Shown piece by piece: positions 59,143 through 64,000 of a DNA stretch of 64,000 nucleotides; position 1 is the stretch's first letter, and every line of letters starts with the position of its first letter. The position numbers were made by a program, and so were the translations under genes. The stretch lies in assembly GCA_050298055.1 (NCBI GenBank), contig JBNKTL010000020.1:2028-66027 (forward strand), given 5' to 3'. The DNA is from Spirochaetota bacterium. GTDB taxonomy: Bacteria > Spirochaetota > UBA4802 > UBA5550. The notes under the pieces were generated by a model. It was not told where the DNA came from and searched no databases. It saw nothing but the letters and a program-made list of their open reading frames with translations.

Positions 59143-59523
59143 ATGGCAGTGAAAAATATCTACTGGATATATATACTCCTGTGTGACAACGGAAGCTATT
59201 ACACGGGATATACCGATGACCTTGTGAAACGTTACCGTCTGCACAGGAGCGGAAAGGGCGGCGCGAAATATACAAGGAGTTTTAAACCGGTGAGGATCGC
59301 GCAATGCTGGAAACTTACGGGAGGAAAGGGAACAGCCCTGAAGCTTGAAAATTTTATTAAGAGCAGGGAGCGGAAAGAGAAAGAAAAAATCGTTGCGAAT
59401 CCCGGGCTGCTTGAGAATCTCTTCAGCGGTGAAACAGGGATTAGTATTGAAATCAACCCCTGTGATCCCGATATAATTGAGAGTGAGGCCGGGAATATCA
59501 GACCGGATAAAGGGGCCGGGTGA
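59143..59523 (+). CDS. GIY-YIG nuclease-domain protein
   Basis: The GIY-YIG motif is present (IYWIYILLCDNGSYYTGYTDDLVKRYRLH...GGAKYT). Confidence 0.75.
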   Translation: MAVKNIYWIYILLCDNGSYYTGYTDDLVKRYRLHRSGKGGAKYTRSFKPVRIAQCWKLTGGKGTALKLENFIKSRERKEKEKIVANPGLLENLFSGETGISIEINPCDPDIIESEAGNIRPDKGAG

Positions 59524-62500
59524 AGAGATTGAAAGGAAGAGAGAAAGAAATCGCGGCCTTTATCGACGAGCTCAGGGACAGCCCGGGAAAGAGCGGCAGG
59601 CTTATAAATGGGCTTGTTGAAAAAACAAACCGCCTCTATCTGAACTTCCCCTTCATCGGACCGGCCAGGAGGATATCATCTGCTCTCAAGAAAGGCCCCT
59701 TTTCATATTTCTATGTTTTCGAAAGAACCCTTGCCCACAAACTCCATCCTCTTCTCTACAGGTTTGGGTTCAATATTATCTCCAACAGTGTCATCGATAG
59801 CCTCTATGATCAGAAGATGGAATACTATAAACCCCTTATGCCTCTGAAAGCCGGTAAAGTCCCCGGCAAAACCGTTGATCTCAAAATGAAAAACCTGGTC
59901 ATGATGAAGGATCTTATACTGCGGATGGTATTCAAGGATGGTCATTTCATGGTCATCAAATACTATGATAACAACTTCAGCAGGCTTGACCGGGAGCTTT
60001 CATCTATTCTGAAAAGTATTGAGCTCTCCATGCATAATATGAAGAGGGGGCTGACGGATGATAAAAAGAGCAACAGTGAAATGATAGGGAAGAGGTTTAA
60101 AATCTTCAGAGAAAACCGGGGAAAGGAAAACGGTCCCCTCTTTATTGAGAGAATGAAGTGGGATGAAGAGCTGAAGGAATATGCGGATATGCTCGGCGAG
60201 CTGAAAGAGGACAGATATGGTGAAAACAGTGACTCTGATCTCCGCACAATCGACCTTGAGAGTGGTGAGATTCCCGGTGGTGGTGAGGAAATGAGTGCAG
60301 ATGAACCTGCCGGTGAAGAGGATGATGATGCCCCAAAAGACCGGGAGAAGAAGACCGGGATTAACGGTTATGCGGACACCATTAAAGTGACGTACCTTGA
60401 CACAATCAGTGATGAAGATGCCCGTGCCGTTAAGAAAATCCTTGAGACCATATATACCACAAACCGGGAAAAGTCCGGTGAAGCAAAAGCAGAGGAGATC
60501 GTAACTGACATAGTCGGGATATGGCTCAATGATGAATTAATCAGCGGTGCAAAGAAGGATTTCCTGAGATCTGTACACCGGGAAATGTTCGGCAAGAATG
60601 AAGGTGAACCGGATGTTGAGAGGAGACTTGATGCCATAAGTGACTTTATGGATAATTTTGAGAAGGAAAATAAAGAACCTGTACCTGAAAATACCCTGTT
60701 TCAGAATGAAGATGAATTAAGAGGAGGTGTTCCCCATACTGAAGATAATGATGAACATGAAAGATCTTTCGATGTTGAGGAACCTTTTATAGAAGAGGAG
60801 CAAGGGGTTGAGATAAAAGATGATAATGTTCCGGAATTGGGTGAGTTCCCCGTATCGGGACCGGGAGAGGTTTCGGAACCGGGTGAGTTCCCCGTATCGG
60901 GACCGGGAGAGGTTCCGGAATTGGGTGAGTTCCCCGTATCGGGACCGGGAGATGTTTCGGAATTGGATGAGTTCCCCGTATCGGGACCGGGAGATGTTTC
61001 GGAATTGGATGAGTTTTCCGTATCGGGACCGGGAGAGGTTCCGGAATTGGGTGAGTTTTCCGTATCGGGACCGGGAGAGGTTGAGGAGCAGGAAAAACAT
61101 CTTCTTGAGGGAAGGAACGGCAGTGATACCGGTGATATCCGGGAACAGGGAGAGAAGAGATTACAGGAGATAGAGGACCGCCTTGATAAGAGGACCAGGG
61201 AGCTTGAAGAGGAGGCCGGTGATATATTAAACGGCAGTGATGAGGAGAAGAAAACAGCTTTTGTCATAAAGATGCTGGGGAGCGAAACAGGAAGTCAATC
61301 CCTCTTTAAAATTCTCCCTGATGCTGAAAGTTCCGGCGGCGAGAACCTCTTCATTAAAATTGTCCGCAAACTTGAGGAAGGGCCCTTCAGGTATATGACA
61401 CCTTCGGAAAAAGCCGCTTTTATCCGCAGGCTTATTGAGGTTTTCAGCGCGGATAAAAAACTCGTATCACAGCTTGAAAACTATAAGAAACTTATTGAAA
61501 GTCCTTCTGAGCTCCTGGGAAGCGTTACAAACAACCTGGAGAGAATAGGGAAAGAGAATCCTGATACCGGGTCAGCCATGGTGAAACAATTGAAGTATCT
61601 TGAAGAGGTCCTGAAGAATGAGGAATATGAACCTGTCTGGTTTACTGTGAAAACACTCTACAAAAATATTATAAAACAAAAAAAGAGCAATGTGATAGAA
61701 AATGTTACAGGTGACATGTCCGGGCAGCCGCAGTGGAAGCAGGCGGTCATTCTGCAATTTCTTAAGAGGTTCTACCGGGGAGACAGCAGGAAACAGGATG
61801 AACTGGGAAAGAAACTTGCTTTCCGGGAGCTGCAGTCACTCACGGAAAGAATTGAAAATGAAAGGAAGGGGGGAACAGCCGATATTAATGAGATCTTTAA
61901 AAAATTCACCGGGGGAAGTGCCGGGATCTCCCAATGGGCTGAGACCGTTATAAAGGAGCAAAGGAAGAAAAGGCCCGCCGGGGATGATCTTTATGATGAG
62001 AAGGAGATGACTCAGGAGGAGAAAATCTACAACAGGGCTCTCGAGCTGGTCAGGTCCTTCCGTGATAATATGGATGCCCTTGGCCCCATTATCAATGCTC
62101 TTGCGGGATTAAACAGGGGGGATTTTCAGTCACAGTTGATGAATGAATACCGGTCCGGCCTGAAAAAGAGGGAGGTACTTGTTAACAGGACGGTCAATGT
62201 TATTAAAACCGGAAAGCCGGACGGGAAACTGGTTGAAGTACTTCATAAATCACCTCCACTGTTCCAGTATGACTGGAGTGAAAGTGTAAAGAAAAAACTG
62301 GGTGCCGGAAGCCTTGAAGAAGCAATTAAACCTGTTGAAAAAAACAGGGACGCATATAGTGAACTCAACCGCATAGCCATGATAATAAAAACCAATAACA
62401 AGAATGATTTTCTCAAAAAGGCAGTTGAGAAGGAGAAGAAACTGGTCTCTGATATTGCAGGAGACCTCTCACTTGAAGGACTCAGGAAACTCAAATCCAG

Positions 62501-63026
62501 GACTGTGAGCATCAGGGACAAGGAGAAGATAAACCTCTTCAGGGACCTCGTGAAAATCGCAGGGGGGGCTGTTGATTCGACAAAAAACCAATATCAGGCT
62601 GTATCTGAGAAAAATGCTGCCGGTGAAGAGAAAAGCAGAGTTCATAAGAGGGAGGAATCGGAGCAGAAAACCGCAGCGGTGAAAGTGAAAAAAGATAAAC
62701 CGGAAGAACCGGAAATCCGGAACGGACCGGGTATCAGGGATATTCTCACTGAGATGAATAACTTTATCAATCTCTGCAAGTCGGAGAGAACCAGAAATAT
62801 GGCCATAAAGAGCAGTAAGAGACGGGTGACCATTGACAGCTTTTTTCAGCACCTGGCATCGGGGGATAAACCCAGTGTGGAAGCAGCAAAGAAAAATACC
62901 GATGAATTGATTGAAGTTTTTAAAGGGATCATTAAGCACCGGTTTCATAAAGCATTTCCCACTGCGGGACCGGCATTGAAATACTGTCTTGATAACGGAC
63001 TGATAAAAAGATCGGACCTTACCTGA
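59520..63026 (+). CDS. Large (1168 aa) acidic hypothetical protein with internal 13-aa tandem repeats
   Basis: A long uninterrupted ORF overlapping the GIY-YIG gene by 4 nt. It contains seven to eight G-E-F-P-V-S-G-P-G-E-V-P-E-L repeats. Confidence 0.6.
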   Translation: MKRLKGREKEIAAFIDELRDSPGKSGRLINGLVEKTNRLYLNFPFIGPARRISSALKKGPFSYFYVFERTLAHKLHPLLYRFGFNIISNSVIDSLYDQKMEYYKPLMPLKAGKVPGKTVDLKMKNLVMMKDLILRMVFKDGHFMVIKYYDNNFSRLDRELSSILKSIELSMHNMKRGLTDDKKSNSEMIGKRFKIFRENRGKENGPLFIERMKWDEELKEYADMLGELKEDRYGENSDSDLRTIDLESGEIPGGGEEMSADEPAGEEDDDAPKDREKKTGINGYADTIKVTYLDTISDEDARAVKKILETIYTTNREKSGEAKAEEIVTDIVGIWLNDELISGAKKDFLRSVHREMFGKNEGEPDVERRLDAISDFMDNFEKENKEPVPENTLFQNEDELRGGVPHTEDNDEHERSFDVEEPFIEEEQGVEIKDDNVPELGEFPVSGPGEVSEPGEFPVSGPGEVPELGEFPVSGPGDVSELDEFPVSGPGDVSELDEFSVSGPGEVPELGEFSVSGPGEVEEQEKHLLEGRNGSDTGDIREQGEKRLQEIEDRLDKRTRELEEEAGDILNGSDEEKKTAFVIKMLGSETGSQSLFKILPDAESSGGENLFIKIVRKLEEGPFRYMTPSEKAAFIRRLIEVFSADKKLVSQLENYKKLIESPSELLGSVTNNLERIGKENPDTGSAMVKQLKYLEEVLKNEEYEPVWFTVKTLYKNIIKQKKSNVIENVTGDMSGQPQWKQAVILQFLKRFYRGDSRKQDELGKKLAFRELQSLTERIENERKGGTADINEIFKKFTGGSAGISQWAETVIKEQRKKRPAGDDLYDEKEMTQEEKIYNRALELVRSFRDNMDALGPIINALAGLNRGDFQSQLMNEYRSGLKKREVLVNRTVNVIKTGKPDGKLVEVLHKSPPLFQYDWSESVKKKLGAGSLEEAIKPVEKNRDAYSELNRIAMIIKTNNKNDFLKKAVEKEKKLVSDIAGDLSLEGLRKLKSRTVSIRDKEKINLFRDLVKIAGGAVDSTKNQYQAVSEKNAAGEEKSRVHKREESEQKTAAVKVKKDKPEEPEIRNGPGIRDILTEMNNFINLCKSERTRNMAIKSSKRRVTIDSFFQHLASGDKPSVEAAKKNTDELIEVFKGIIKHRFHKAFPTAGPALKYCLDNGLIKRSDLT
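60829..61084 (+). repeat. 39-bp tandem DNA repeat (about 6.5 copies) encoding the GEFPVSGPGEV(P/S)EL repeats
   Basis: Near-identical 39-nt units ccggaattgggtgagttccccgtatcgggaccgggagaggtt. They generate spurious ORFs on both strands. Confidence 0.8.
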
Positions 63027-63031
63027 ACCTT

Positions 63032-63337
63032 CTATCCTTTGAAGAGGCTCTTGGCTTTATCCTTCCCGGTGAGATAGAGGTAATCATCATAATCAACAAA
63101 GGTCAGTTCGGGGAGCTTCTTCCTTGTCCTTATTACAATTTCTGATTTTCCTTTCCCGGCCTCTTTGGATGTTACGTACTTTATCTCCCTGCCGCAGGAA
63201 GGACATTTTTCCAGGTCAGTGAGTTCAATCCCGATTGTTTTACACTTGTGGCAGTGGGCAAACTTATCATCGACCATTATGATGTGCTCTTCAATATCCT
63301 TTATATCCATCTCTGTCCATATCCTGATATAATCCAT
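63032..63337 (-). CDS. Hypothetical zinc-ribbon protein
   Basis: It has CHKC...CPSC and an AGGAGG RBS upstream on the minus strand. Confidence 0.4.
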   Translation of the reverse strand: MDYIRIWTEMDIKDIEEHIIMVDDKFAHCHKCKTIGIELTDLEKCPSCGREIKYVTSKEAGKGKSEIVIRTRKKLPELTFVDYDDYLYLTGKDKAKSLFKG

Positions 63338-63440
63338 GATTCCTCCTTACATCTTTTTTCTGGAACCATTAATGAGTTCCTTGGAACTAATGACTCATTT
63401 TAAACGCTTGCATCAGAATGTAAAATATTTTTTTTGGTAA

Positions 63441-64000
63441 TTATTCAGACTTATCAGTTATTATGATAGAGTCGGGCAGGAATGAGCTTCTGTCTCTCCC
63501 GTTCTCATAATGAAATTCCCTGTATATTTCATGGGGATTTCGGGCATAATATCCGTCGATGATCTCTATAATATCATCTATTTTTTCTTTCTGCCTTATG
63601 AGAGTAAAAAGATGGTGGGCGAACTTCACGTTTCCTGAAAAGTAGTAACAGAACCTCAGGCTCCTGCTCTTTTGAAGATTGGGGGGGAGATATTTTTTCA
63701 GGGAGAGGAGTGTGCTGATAAAGATTTCTTTCAGGTTCACCTTCAGGCTGATAGAACCTTCACCATTCAGGATCTTCCTGCAGAGGGTGAAAATCCATGG
63801 GGACTTTACCGCTTCCCTCCCTATCATGATTCCGTGACATCCATACTTCAACATCTTTGATACACCGGTTTCAGGTTCCGTTATATCTCCGTTACCAATT
63901 ATCGGGATATCTACATTTTCTCTTATTAATCGTATCAGGTCCCAGTCGGCCTTTCTCTTGAATGATATTTTCGCGGACCGGGGATGGACGGTAATAAAAT
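63441..64000 (-). CDS. tRNA-dihydrouridine synthase (Dus family), C-terminal part; gene continues beyond the window end
   Basis: The TIM-barrel C-terminal motifs are present (GCHGIMIGREAVKSPWIF). The reading frame remains open to the window edge. Confidence 0.7.
   Translation of the reverse strand, partial: FITVHPRSAKISFKRKADWDLIRLIRENVDIPIIGNGDITEPETGVSKMLKYGCHGIMIGREAVKSPWIFTLCRKILNGEGSISLKVNLKEIFISTLLSLKKYLPPNLQKSRSLRFCYYFSGNVKFAHHLFTLIRQKEKIDDIIEIIDGYYARNPHEIYREFHYENGRDRSSFLPDSIIITDKSE

Noticed and set aside
60701-61267. Three overlapping ORFs (60701-61267 -, 60717-61100 -, 60820-61173 +) with internally repetitive translations
   Set aside because: All are generated by the 39-bp tandem repeat inside the 1168-aa gene. 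They are frame artefacts.
1-64000. CRISPR arrays, rRNA and tRNA genes
   Set aside because: No regularly spaced direct repeats were found; the family-1 and family-2 elements are dispersed, not arrayed. No tRNA-like T-arm (GGTTCGAATCC-type) motif or rRNA-like conserved stretch was noticed in any spacer longer than 100 nt.

Overview
The window is a chromosomal segment from a flagellated, chemotactic bacterium. GC content is moderate, the standard genetic code is in use, and coding density is high, mostly on the + strand. The first ~17 kb is a class-II-type flagellar export and motor cluster: motA (partial), motB, fliL, fliY/N, fliO, fliP, fliQ, fliR, flhB, flhA, flhF, flhG, an unknown gene, fliA, a FapA/DUF342-like gene and two unknowns. 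It is followed by cheR, cheD, yicC, remA, gmk, rpoZ, miaA, hfq, a tiny highly basic protein, cheW and flgM. flgM has a textbook sigma-28 promoter. The rest is housekeeping and accessory: rsmI, tgt, a STAS antagonist, a LysM lipoprotein, a short RpoD-family sigma factor, a GT2 glycosyltransferase, a HepT/MntA toxin-antitoxin pair, ispG, an M23 peptidase, a bactofilin, pdxA, a CreBCD-like two-component module, cobQ/cbiB/cobD, a SlyD-like FKBP, a cNMP-binding PP2C phosphatase, a transglutaminase-like protein, a lysoplasmalogenase-like YhhN protein, an FAD oxidoreductase, an alpha/beta hydrolase, a SprT-like protein, a GIY-YIG protein, a 1168-aa acidic protein with 39-bp tandem repeats, and a partial dus gene. 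No CRISPR array, rRNA or tRNA was seen. The most unusual sequence-level features are two families of intergenic palindromic repeats: a roughly 100-140 bp MITE/REP-like element in at least 6 copies, and a C5-N3-G5 hairpin-pair element in inverted copies. Also notable are a miaA gene with no canonical start codon, and a SprT-like / GIY-YIG / giant acidic protein locus that I cannot assign to any described system.
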